From Squalus acanthias (taxonomy: Eukaryota), in assembly GCA_030390025.1 (NCBI GenBank), contig CM059432.1, forward strand, positions 106,766,001 through 106,830,000: DNA of 64,000 bases. Reading direction: 5' to 3'. Positions 49,491 through 61,799 of this stretch are shown in pieces (position 1 is the stretch's first letter; every line of letters begins with the position of its first letter). The translations under genes were made by a program, and so were the position numbers. The notes beneath the pieces were generated by a model, which was not told where the DNA came from, searched no databases, and saw only the letters and a list, made by a program, of their open reading frames with translations.

Positions 49491-50233
49491 CTTCCTTGTG
49501 CTCAGTGCCGTGCTCCACTCCCATAAGGGATTTTTCACTCGCTGTGAACCAGAGTATGACTTTATATGCAAAATATCTGGTAATGTTACCCAGGTCCTTT
49601 GTTACTATAATAGCTTTCTGCCATTAACACAAGCCCTCTTGTGGTTTCCTCATCTTTGGATAGTGGAAAAATAAACACTAACAGACCATGTGACTTGGAC
49701 TATGATCATGAATTGGGTTCATTAAAAAGAAAACTAAACAGTGGAATAAAGTCAATGCAGCAGATTTCAATTGGTTGCAGAATTTTCATCTTATTCTCTT
49801 TGAATAAAAAATGCTAAAAGATGCGCCACTTCGCTAACTCATTTACAAATACTAAACCCGGACCACTGTCCACAACATAAACTTATACATAGGTTTCATC
49901 AAACCACCGCAGAATCTTTATCAGTACAGTGGTACAAGAAGAACTGGGAGCACGCTGGCTGAGCTGTGCCTCCCTCAGCCTTTGGAAGTTCAAAATGGAC
50001 TCGAAAGGTGTCTTCCAAAGTTGAACAAGTGTATCAGAATAAACTGATGACTCGCTGTACTCCAAATCCCACCCAGATGCCAGACCCAAGCCCATCTGTA
50101 CGTGTTACCAAGCTCTTTATCTTAATTTAATAGATTTCAGGACAAACCCAGAAGTCTATGTTAAATGGTTTCTATTTGCTTTGCAATCACAATGTTTTGG
50201 CGTAGAAATAATTCCTTTGAAGTGACATGTTAC

Positions 50234-50379
50234 CAATGTTTCCTGTAAGCTGCGCTTTGTTCTGTGCGGTCTGTTTCAATTTCGGCGCATGCACGGTATT
50301 TACAATCTAAAAGCCGGTGAGCAGCCTGCGCAGGACCTTTCCCATTACTGCACAACCGCGCAGCTTAGAGGGAATGTTG
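50234..50379. mobile_element. 146-bp hAT-type MITE
   Basis: 22-bp imperfect TIRs CAATGTTTCCTGTAAGCTGCGC / GCGCAGCTTAGAGGGAATGTTG and an 8-bp TSD CATGTTAC/CATGTTGC. Confidence 0.8.
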
Positions 50380-50523
50380 CATGTTGCATATCCCATTGAA
50401 TTGTATCCTCTCCAACATGTAGAAAACCAGTCAGCAGAGAGAGAGACAGACAGCTGGAAGACTCTTTCAGCGAGTAGTGAAGTGACCAGATAATTCTCAT
50501 AAATGGATATAAAAAATATATAG

Positions 50524-51137
50524 GGGGAGAAATTGAGTCGTGCCCCCTTTGGGGCGCTACTTTTAGCGCCCCGGAAAAATTAGCGCCCCCGCGGCCGAAA
50601 TTGAGTGGTAGCGCCCCAAGAGGGAAGCGGGCGCTACTGGAAGCGCCCCGCCTCCCTCTTGGGGCGCTGCGAGGGAATATCGCAGCACGTCGCGCCGCGG
50701 TATTGCAGGCCTTCCTCCCCTTCTTGAAGGGGAGGGGCTTTGCGCAGCGCGACCCGGGGCCCAGCTGGGCCACCGGGGATCGGAGTGCCGGCAAAAGAGC
50801 CCGGCACTCGAGAAGTGCTGGGCTCACGGAGCGCAGCCGGCACTCCGCCGGGGGGTGCGGGTCAGGAGGCCAGGGACGGGAGCGGAGGCAGGTGCTGGCA
50901 GGCAGCCAGCAACAAAAATGGCCGCCCGGCACCTCGCCTTTAAATAGCGCCGCCCCGGCCGCAGGTAGGCCCCCCTGACCCCGTCGGACATAAGATCACG
51001 GCCAGGGCGCGAGCGAGGCGCTGCGCACGGCGATGATGTCATCGCTAACAGTTAGCGGGAGGCGTTGGCGGCGCTGCACCCGGGCGCTAGATGCTTGGGG
51101 CACTAACGAGAGGCGCAAAGCAACTGAATTTTTCCCC
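50524..51137. mobile_element. GC-rich MITE, inverted homologue of 23493-24250
   Basis: TIR GGGGA(G/A)AAATT. The shared core GCGCGACCC(G/A)GGGCCCAGCTGGGCCACC is in the opposite orientation. Confidence 0.85.
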
Positions 51138-51482
51138 CATCGACTTTCTTTGGGTTTGAACTCTCGCTATGTCACAGTTGTGAAGAAATGAAAAAAGAAT
51201 TGTAAGACATACTATGTTCAGTTTAATCACCATGACACAAAAAGTAATCATTCATTGGAAAGGATGCGGAAAAGAACAGCAATAGTGTTCCAAGTCTCAA
51301 AGGGATGAGCTATGAGGAAAGATTGGAGAACTGAAACTGCCTTAGAATGACCCATGCTCCTAAGGAGCACGAGTTGGTAATAGGGCTTTAATATTGTTGC
51401 CCCCGTACTTTGGAATGACCCCTAATATATTTATAATGTATAAGAACAAACTTGTGTCTATGTGCACTTCCTGTGTCAACTT

Positions 51483-51660
51483 TTTGCATTCTAAATTACT
51501 ATGTCCACACTTGTAATGGAAACTGCCTGTGTAAACTTGTCATATTGTACTTGCACTCTTCTGTCAGTGCCACTACTGGCAGGAGAATGTATATACAGTG
51601 TGACAAGTTTACATAGGCAGTTTCCATTATAAATGTAGACATAGGAATTTACAATGGAAA
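51483..51660. repeat. Long inverted repeat (86-bp arms, 6-nt loop)
   Basis: Arms 51483-51568 and 51575-51660 align without gaps, about 71/86 matches by manual count. Confidence 0.9.
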
Positions 51661-51678
51661 TATAAAAATAAGGACAGC

Positions 51679-52433
51679 GGGGTAGAGTTTCCGCTTTGAG
51701 CGCAATCGACGATCCGGGCGCAAATTGTGCTCAAAATTGCACTGGTTTTGAGAAGTTATTTTCTCCTTGAATTTCTGCTCAGACTCATTTGCATATCACC
51801 GAACGCAAAATTTGCCATGAACCAGTACAATCGGGCAGCGTTTTAAAACATAATTTTTTAAGAAAAAATTGCTTTAAAAGAAATTCTGTGATATATTTAA
51901 GAGTGGTAACTTCGTGCAGTTTGATTAATACAGCTGAAATTGGGTTTATCACAAAAAATAAGCATTTTTAATCACAGTGTCAAGCCATACTTGTGAGTAA
52001 CCCGATTTTAAATGACTGAAAATGACTTTTTAAAAAAATATACAGAACCGTTGCTCGTTATATTGCGGTACGTTGTCAGTTTCTTAGTAAGTTTAAAAAA
52101 AAATTACATTCAAAAGCTTTTAAAACATGCCTATTCGTGTCCTTGCACCCAAAAGAACCAGCTTAATTTTTAGAGCCTTCTCGAAGGCCTGCAAACGAGC
52201 ACAATTAGCGGAAACTCCCAATGGGGATTAATTCATCCTGGGGGCGTGGATAGTTTTGTGGGCGGAGCCGGCTTCTAGCGCGATGTTTTTCAAACTAGTG
52301 CAAAAGATCGCAGAAACTCGATTTGCGCTGAACGTAATTTGCGCTTAAAATTCGGCGATCTTTTGCACGGGTTACTCTGATTTCGGGCAAATTGCACTGA
52401 AAAAACCAGCGCAATCGAGCAGAAATTTACCCC
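51679..52433. mobile_element. MITE with TIR GGGGTA(G)A(G/A)TTTC, GC-rich ends and an AT-rich core
   Basis: Imperfect TIRs and repeated GCGCAA/TTGCGC subterminal motifs. Flanks AGC/AGT. Confidence 0.65.
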
Positions 52434-53329
52434 AGTATATATGACTTTAAAATGGAGACTGAATTGGTTCTACAAGTCCTGGTCCAATTCTCCCCTGCCC
52501 TCTCACCCTGTTTCACCTGGTGACCACGCTTGGTCTCGACTCCTCGTGTGTAGCGACGCAGGAGATCAATGAACGGGATGTGCTTTGTATTGAAAATGTC
52601 TATGTCAGCTTGGTGCAATGCAAAGCCCATTATAAACATCTACAATACCTCTTATGCCTGTAGATGGCACTATGATGGGTATTTTCATTGTTAAAGGTGT
52701 CGCAGCTTGCCTGTCACAGAATGAGTCTCGCCTGGTGTCTCACAGCAGCTGTTAAATGCATTTTTTTAAAACTGCTTTGTCTCTATGCAGTTACAGGCTC
52801 TGGCCATTGGGTGATTTTTATTTGCAAATCATTCAAACTGCTTTCTGAAAATTTTGATTTTTCTCAGTAATTGAAATTTTGAGTGTGCAAAGTAAGGGTT
52901 CAAACAAAATTACATATTTCCCTATAAATTTATCCATTGAATTGTCTCTTGTGTCTTTTAATGTTTCATTAAAGTTTTTACTTGAAGGCCTGAGCCCCCC
53001 TCAAAAGCCTGGGTTTAGAGTTGATATTTTACATTCGAGCTATAATGCTGTGAGCTGAATTTGGATTGTGGCATCTGAAATCTGCAGTGTATCTAATTTC
53101 CCAGAATGCATCAGTACCATTCCGTTAGCTGTGCTGAAGGAATAAATAACCAAAGGAGGGTGGGCCAATAAGACAATATCATATTATAGAATGAAGAATG
53201 GCGGAAATACTTAACAAGTATTTCGCCTTGGTAGTTCCAGAGGAGAGTGAAGGAAGAACTGCAGAAGTACCAGAAAAGGATATTGATCAGCGATAGATCA
53301 GTAAGAAGGGAAACATTATTGAGTTTTTG

Positions 53330-53510
53330 GTGATTTGCTTTGTCGAACACCTCCACTCCGTCCTTACGTGTGGCCCTGACCTACCTGAGGCTCACCATCT
53401 TAGATTCCCCCTCTGACCTCTCAGTTTTTGGTCTCCTACAGTGTTCCAAGGAAGCTCAATGCAAGCTTCAAGAACAGGATCCTCCTTCAACCTGATTCTG
53501 TGTGAACTTC
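53330..53510 (+). mobile_element. Penelope-like element fragment (GIY-YIG C-terminal region)
   Basis: Translates to FVEHLHSV...PDLPEAHH...SDLSVFGLLQCSKEAQCKLQEQ, which resembles Penelope endonuclease ends. Confidence 0.55.
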
Positions 53511-54477
53511 AACCTGACTCTGATGAAATTCATGTCATAACTTTATTTTTTTTGCCCGACAAATCCAAATCCAAATCAAAAAGGATTGTACAGGGGTGTA
53601 CCCCAACTGCTACCCCAGTTGAAATTGGTGTCCCTGTTGTAGGGAGGGAAAAAACTGGCCTAGGTTCCCACTCCAGATTGCTATCTGATGACTGTTTCTG
53701 GAAAGTGCTCGTGTGTGGATGTGGAGCAAGAACTGGATCAGCCACATTCAAATAACCAGCCATTACTCACTGTCTACGCTCACATATGAAGAGAGGCATC
53801 AAAGGGCTTTCAAGAGACAAGGGGCGGAAAGTTGTTTTAAAAAGAAAGTAATTGCTCCACCGACACCTTAATGAGACTGGGATTGCAAACATTCTCTGTG
53901 CTGTTATTTTAAGTTCTAACCTGACCCCTTTTTAAATACACATAGCTGAATACCTGTTCCGTCTTCCCCTCTGTATGGATCCTGGCTTAAAAATGTCTAA
54001 ATGGTAGTTTGATAGTAATATAAATTTTGACCTGAATCATTGTTTAATCCTGCTCAATATCATAGTTTGTCATCATCTAGAATATAATTGAGCTGTGCTG
54101 CACAAAATTAACACAAACACCAAGAGCAGGAGTTGTTGTAATTGGTCTAGATTACTCATTTGTACTTTCTGCTTTTCTCCTATTTTTCTGGTCATTTGAA
54201 AAAAGAGTTCTACTCTCATTTTTGTTGGTGAATATTTTTTAAAGTAGTGCTGCATTTATTTACAATCAAATTAGTAGCCTGGTGAATTCAGATGTTTCAT
54301 CCGTACAACAGCTCATTCAGTGAGAATGTCAGTAAAGGTGACAAAACAGTTCAGATTGTCATTGGAAATGTAAATGTAATGTAGTGTAAGAAAGGAACTA
54401 GTCAATGAAGGGATAATCGCTGAAGTTAGTAATCTGCCATGCTGAACAAACAGCAAGTGAAATTTTATGTTGTTTAG

Positions 54478-54687
54478 ACCCACAGAATTGTTCCGAAGTT
54501 GCAATGCTCAGTCGGACCAAGGAGCCAAGAATGACATGAAACTTTGGGAGAAAGGGACCATCAAGATGCCATTTATGAACATACCTGTGCAAAATATTAA
54601 GACCTGTCAGCCAGAAATGTGGAAAGCAGTTGCCTGTTCATTACAAATCAAGCCATGCCACAGCAAGTCTGGAGGAAGTATCTGCAA
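54478..54687 (+). CDS. RECK: RECK exon (approx. exon 11), 210 nt: PTELFRSCNAQSDQGA...ACSLQIKPCHSKSGGSIC(K)
   Basis: gtttAG acceptor at 54476-54477, GTAAGT donor at 54688, phase 2/2. Matches RECK. Confidence 0.97.
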
Positions 54688-55394
54688 GTAAGTTCCATTT
54701 TACTGCAGCATCAAGGCTTCCTATGGTTAGCCACTCCAATATAGGGTGTGTTTTTCATGGCTTGTGCTTTATATATTCCTTATTTCCCTTGCTCTTTGTA
54801 TGTTTTTACTATGTTGAAGCAGTTGTATGCAATGTGAATTTACTACGCACTCATTTTGTCATGAAGGGACAGTTTAAAAATGTAATTACTTTTTTAATAA
54901 AATAATTGAGCAATGAATTGCCTAATCAAGCTTTTCTCACCTCATACTATCTGCCTTTCATGTCATAAGGAGCAGCACACAGTAGTGTTGTTGCTTCAGT
55001 CGCTGTATCACACACTGCTTGGAAAAACAAGTATGGTAGGAGGGCACATCAAACTGCAGTTTGGTACCTTGCCCGCCTGCAAAATGATGTCTCTTGTGGA
55101 GTAACGAGGATTCTGTCACTTCCAATTAAAAACAAAAATTGAATTACTTATTTTTATTTGACGAGGTGTTGAGAGCAAAAATTGCAACATTACTCCCATA
55201 CAATGTGAAATTAAGACTTGAAGGTCCTTTCACGATGCATCTTTTCCAGACAGAACAGATATTTTGATACTGATAATCTTGGTATTGTAACTCCGAATAC
55301 TTGCAGGTAAAATGTCTGTATTTTTTGTTTTTGTGGAACTACCTGGTTTTTTTTGATTGTTTACTCACAGTTCCTGTAAATGGTCCCTGTCCCC

Positions 55395-58300
55395 TATAGA
55401 ACATAAGAACATGAGAAATAGGAGCTGGAGTAGGCCATTTGGCCCTTCGAGCCTGCTCCGCCATTCAACAAGATCATGGCTTGTTCATGGCATCAACTCC
55501 ACCTTCCCGCTCTATCCCCATATCCCTTGATTCCCTTTGTTCCCAAAAATGTATCGATCTCTGTCTTGAATATACTCAATGACTGAGCATCCACAGCTCT
55601 CTGGGGTAGAGAATTCCAAAGATTCACAACCCTTTGAGTGAAGAAGTTTCTCCTCATCTCAGTCCTAAATGGCTGACCCCTTATTCTGTGACTGTGACCC
55701 CATGTTCTAGATTCCCCAGCTAGGGGAAACATTTTCTCAGCATTAACCCTGTCAAGCCCCTTAAGAATTTTATATGTTTCAATGAGATCACCTCTCATTC
55801 TTCTAAACTCTAGGGAATATAGGCCTAGTCTACTCAATCTCCCCTCATAGGGCAATCCCCTCATCCCAGGAACCAGTCTAGTGAACCTTTGTTGCACTCC
55901 CTCTAAGGCAAGTATGTCTTTCCTTAGGTAAGGAGACCAGAACTGTACACAGTACTCCAGGTGTGGCCTCGCCAATGCCCTGTATAATTGTAGTAAGATT
56001 TCTTTACTCTTATACTCTAATCCCTTTGTCCCCGATTTTATTACCGCGATATCTTCACTGCTTTCCTCCCTCAGCCTCTGCACCGAACGATTTCTCATCC
56101 TCGGTGATTTCAACCTCCATCTCAATTTATCATGCTCTCTCTCCTCTGAGTTCACTAGCCTCCTATCCTTCCTTAATCTCTTCCTCCATGTAAACTCCAC
56201 AACCCATATTCACGGCTACCCCCCCCCCGACCTTGCCATCTCTCGTGGCCTCGCTACTCCCATCATGTCAATCGCAGATAAGGCCACCTCTGACCACTTC
56301 CTCGTATCGCTCTCCACCCACATCCCCCTTCCGCGCCCCCCAACCCTACTTCCTTCTGTGTCCGCCCCTGTAAAAAAAACTCTCTTCCAACTCTCTTACA
56401 ACTGCACTTATGAAATCCCAACTGTCCAGCCTTTGGCCCTCCATTCACCATGACATTTCTGCAGCTACCGACCTGCTCAACCACACCCTCACCATCACCT
56501 TTGAAGCCCTAGTCCCTATTAAAACAATTACTCTCTCTCACCCTAACCGTTACCCCTGGTACGGCCCTCATCTTTGCTCCCTTAAGTCCAAGGGACGCAG
56601 ACTTGAACGGATATGGCGGACAACTGGTTTAGCCAGATCTGGCTGGACCACATAAAGCACTATGGGGTCCTGCTCTTGTCTGCCAAAATTGGTCACTATT
56701 CCAGAATAATTCTGGAATGCAAAAATAAACCCAGGCTTCTATTCTCCACTGCTAACGGTCTTCTTAAACCCCTCACCCCTGTCTCCTCCACCCTCACCTC
56801 TGACAACATGTGTGAGGAGCTCATGGACTTCTTGATCTCTAAGATTGAGACCATCCGTTCAGCTGCCTCTGCCACTTTCCTTCCTTCCCCTTGCCCACTG
56901 GGCCAAACTTCCTCTAAGGTTCCCCCGCCCTAGCCCTAAACTCACATCTTTCTCCAGTTTCTCTCCGATCTCCCCTCATGACCTCCCCACACTCATCTTG
57001 TTCATGAGACCCACTTCCTGCTCCCTCGACCCTATTTCCACCAAACTGCTGACCACCCAACTTCCTTTTCTGGCTCCCATGTTAGCTGACATTGTTAACG
57101 GTTCTCTCTCCTCGGGTACTGTCCCCCTCCCTTTCCTCTCCAAAGTCCTTGGACGTGTTGTCTCCTCCCAAATCCGTGCCCATCTTTCCCGCAACTCCAT
57201 GTTTGAATCCCTCCAATCAGGTTTTCGCCCTTGCCACAGTACTGAAACGGCTCTCATCAAAGTCACAAATGACAACCTTTAAGACTGTGACAAAGGTAAA
57301 CTATCCCTCCTCGTCCTTCGTGACTTGTCTGCAGCCTTTGACACGGTTAATGACTCCATACTTCTCCACCATCGTCCAGCTGGGTGGGACTGCATTCGCC
57401 TGGTTCCATTCTTAGCTATCTAATCGTAGCCAGAGAATCACCTGCAACGGCTTCTCTTCCCGCTCGCGTAATGTTACCTCAGGTGTCCCCCAAGGATCTA
57501 TCCTTGGCCCCCTCCTATTTCTCATCTACATGTTGCCCCTTGGTGACATCATCCGAAAACACAGCATCAGTTTCCACATGTATGCTGATGACACCCAGCT
57601 CTACCTCACTACCACCTCTCTCGACCCCTTCACGGTTGTCCGACATCCAGTTCTGGATGAGCAGAAATTTTCTCCAATTAAATATTGGGAAGACTGAAGT
57701 CATTGTTTTCGGTCCCCACCACAAACTCCGTTGCCTAGCCACTGACTTCATCCCTCTCCCGAACATTTGTCTGAGGCTGAACCACACTGTTTGCAACCTT
57801 GGTGTCATATTTGACCCTGAAATGAGCTTCTGACCACATATCCGCAGCATAACTAAGAACGCCTATTTCCACCTCCGTAACATCGCCCGTCTCCGCCCTT
57901 GCCTCAGCTCATCCGCTGCTGAAACCCTCATTCATGCCTTTGTTACCTCTAGACTTGACTATTCCAACGCACTCCTGGCTGGCCTCCCACATTCTACCCT
58001 ACGTAAACTTGAGGTCATCCAAAACTTGGCTGCCCGTGTCCTAACTCGCACAAAGTCCCGTTTGCCCATTACCCCTGTGCTCGCTGACCTACATTGGCTC
58101 CCAGTTAAGCAGCACCTCGATTTCAAAATTCTCATCCTTGTTTTCAAATCCCTCACGCCTCCCCATCTCCTTCAGCCCCACAACCGCCCCCCACCCCCCC
58201 CGAGATATATGCGCTCCTCTAATTCTGCCCTCTGGAGCATCCCTGATTATAATAGCTCAACCATTTGTGGCCGTGCCTTCTGTTGCCTAGGCCCTAAGCT

Positions 58301-59122
58301 CTGGAATTCCCTGCCTAAATCTCTCCGCCTCTCTACCTCTCTTTCCTCTTTTAAGATGCTCCTTAAAACCGACATCTTTGACCAAGCTTTCGGTCACCTG
58401 CCCTAATTTCTCCTTATGTGGCTCGGTATAAAAAAAAAATTCTTATAATACTCCTGTGAAGCGCCTTGGGACATTTTACTACGTTAAAGGTGGTATATAA
58501 ATAAAAGTTGTTGTTAGAAAAGCTAACACACCATTTGCTTTCCTAATTGCTTGCTGTACCTGCGTGTTAACTTTCAGTGATTCGTGTACAAGGACACCCA
58601 GGTCCCTCTGAATGCAAACATTTCCCAGTCTCTCACCAAAAAATATATTCTACTTTTTTGTTTTTCCTACCAAAGTGGATAACTTCACAATTCCCCACAT
58701 TGTATTCCATTTGCCATGTTCTTGCCCACTCACTCAACCTGTCTATATCTCTCTGCAGCCTCTTTGCGTCCTCCTCACAGCATACTTTCTCAGCAAACTT
58801 GGATACGTTACACTCAGTCCCTTCATCTAAGTCATTAATATAGATTGTAAGTAGCTGAGGCCCAAGCACTGATCCTTGCGGTACCCCGCTAGTTACAGCC
58901 TGCCAACCCGAAAAAGTCCCGTTTATTCCTACTCTCTGTTTTCTGTCCGTTAACCAATCCTTAATCCATGCTAATATATTACCCCCAATCCCATGAGTCC
59001 TAATTTTGTGTAATAACCTCTTGTGTGGCACCTTATCAAATGCTTTTTGAAAATCCAAATACACCACATCCACTGGTTTCCCCCTTATCCAACCTACTAG
59101 TTACATCTTCAAAAAACTCTAA
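55395..59122 (-). mobile_element. CR1 RT fragment split by an L2 (pieces 55395-56028 and 58516-59122)
   Basis: ORF 58633..59073 ([11 protein letters not shown]) continues as KGLEYKSKE in ORF 55493..56200. Tail atagaacataagaac. Confidence 0.9.
56029..58515 (+). mobile_element. Long L2 LINE (partial APE plus RT), disrupted
   Basis: [40 protein letters not shown] and LHWLPV motifs. Tail ...AAGTTGTTGTT. Confidence 0.92.
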
Positions 59123-59579
59123 ATCTGGAAACCTGTAGCTTTTCTATATTCTGTTTGACCAGAGGTGTGTATTTGAGAGATTATCAATAACCCTACATGC
59201 AGCAATCAATTACTGGATTTAACGCAATCTTTTGCCAAATTACCCAACTTTCTTCAAAATGTCAGATGTTACCATACAGACCAGATACTTACAGACTAAA
59301 GGATCTAATATATTTAGTTACAATTAAATAGTAGTTTAAGGAAGGAGGAACAGGCAAGGTAGACCAAAACTAGGAACGTTGAGGCTCCCAAGTAGTTCAC
59401 TATAATAGAAGAGGTTTCACGAGTCTCAAAGGATAGGGGAGAAAAGGACAAACCAGATATCACATGAGAGGACAGGAGAGAGGAATAGTGAGCCTTACTG
59501 TCGCGGGAACAAGAAGGAGACTAACATATATAGCTGTGTGAAGACAAAAAGTAGTGAAGGAGAAATGGTTACCAATAGC

Positions 59580-60330
59580 AAAAGGGAAAAGGGCTGAAAT
59601 GTATGTGCACTAATGCAAGAAGCACAGGGAATAAAATTGGGTAAGGAGAAGCAATACTTGCAGCAGAAAAATATTATGGCTTGAACTGAAACTAAGCTAC
59701 ACTCACAGCTACGCATTCCAGGTTAGAACATTTTTAGAAGTGATAAGGAAAGCAGAATAGGAAGGGGTGCAGTATTATTTATTAAGGAAGGGGTTTCAGC
59801 AGTGGAAAGGAACTATATATCCAGTGATAATATACAGATAGAGTCTGTGGGTGGAGCTACGGAATAAAGCAATGAAGACCATCAAATTGTTAAAGAAATT
59901 GAGGAGGTAATCTGCAGGTAATTTAGAGCAGTGTGCACTTGCAGAAGCAATAGGGCAGTAAAAATTGAGGTCTTTATTCAGAGTTCAATTGTGTGAACAC
60001 ATCTGAGGGAGGGACTTACAGATGTATTCAGTGCTGTTTTCTGAGTTGGTGCATAAATCGACAAGGAAAGATACAGTAATGGATGTGGTTCTGGGTCATG
60101 GTTCCTAGAGCAGGTCAGCAACAGGAAGGGAGGAGAAAAATTAGGGACAAGCAATCAAAATATAATTAGCGTTAACGTTAAAACAGGGAAGGAAAGATCA
60201 GTTAAAAACAAAGTTGATTGACTGAAAAAGAGCAAATACAAAGAGATGAAAGAGTAAATTGGAGGAAGAAGTTAATTGGTAAAACAATGGAGCAATGGGA
60301 AATATTTAAGTGTGAGATTAGTACAGCACA
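59580..60330 (+). mobile_element. Ancient CR1 endonuclease-region relic
   Basis: LKCMCTNARS..NK, IPG...FRSD and VVLGH remnants with many stops. Confidence 0.6.
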
Positions 60331-60612
60331 GCCAGTAACTTATGTTTCAGCATCAGCCCATTGAGGCCTGCTTTGGTTAGCCCAGTTACAGCATTACATC
60401 AGTCCCTAGGACTCATGTCGACTGCCATTTGTGGTGATGATGCAAGTTTTCTCACGACGCCTCTTGCGGTGGTCATAAACATTATCTCGAAAAAAGGATG
60501 ATTGACCAGGAGTAATACAGTGTAATAAGCTAGCGGTTTGGAGTTGACTGTTCATGTGGATTGTGACTGCCCATTTTAAGCCAAAGAGATTGACATATCC
60601 TTTACACCAGTT

Positions 60613-60916
60613 AAGAAAGAACATGCATTTACATAGTGCCATTCACAACCTTAGGACGTCCCAAAGCACTTTACAGCCAATGAAGTGGAGGCTCTGTTGT
60701 AATATAGGAAATGTGGCAGCCAATTTGCACTCAACAAGCTCCCACAAACAGCAAATGACCAGATAATCTGCTTTTTGTGATGTTGGTTGAGGGATAAATA
60801 TTGGCCAGGACACCGGGGAGAACTCCCCTGCTCCTCTTCAAATAATGCCATGGGATCTTTTACATCCACCTGAGAGTGCAGGCGGGGCCTCAGTTTAACA
60901 TCTCATCGGAAAGACA
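60613..60916 (-). mobile_element. Deu-SINE body and tail
   Basis: Reverse complement of 40450-40750. Confidence 0.85.
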
Positions 60917-61799
60917 TGTAAACATCAGTAGTCTCCCCTGTATATTGAGACGAATGGAATAGTCTCAGCGATACAAAGACTGCATGCGCAGCCAATTCAG
61001 GTTCTTACTGTTGGACACCATTTGTATGGTTAGACAAGTCCCTTTGTGTGCCACTGACTTTTACAGTAGTATTTATCTCAGTAAGTTTTTTTCTGATCCA
61101 GCCCTATTCGCCTCCACGTTCATAAACGACTCACTGCTATTAACTATTAAATAAAATAGTGGAAGTTATACCTTCTCTTATGGGGGAATAAAATCCGAGT
61201 TGGGGGTGTGGAATTCCGTGCGTTGCGTGGGCCGAGATAGAACCCTGTTGTAATGAAGCCACTTCGGCACACACTCTGTAATTAACATCACCTCTAGCAC
61301 AGAGGGAGATCTACTGACTGGGGGAAGAAAACTGTAAATGGTGGAAATTAATAAAACGGAAGTTGCTGGTAATATACGACAGGGCCGTCAGCATTTGGAA
61401 TGCAACAAGATTGTCTAATGTTTCAACTTGGATCCTTCCATTTAGGTATCGGGAAATAAACAAGTTCCTTCTATAGCTGTCTTTATGTTGCTTTCTTGCT
61501 GGCTCCTGATATATGGTTCTCCTGCAGCTGGTGGCAACCCTCAAGTTAACTTGCCAGGTACACTTAAGGTCAGCCACCTAGACACTAAGGCCAGCTATTG
61601 GGGAGACCCAGTTTAATTTTTTTTTTTAATGGTATCCCAGCTACTGGCCTTGGCGGATCCAGCACGTTTACCTTGCAGTTGCTGCCGGCCGCACAAGGGT
61701 CATATGTCAGGAGCCGGCAGCAACTAAAACGGCAAGAAACCAACATAAAAGCAGTTTCTTGGACAGAACCAAGTGCAGAGGGGAGTTCAACAGGTAAGC

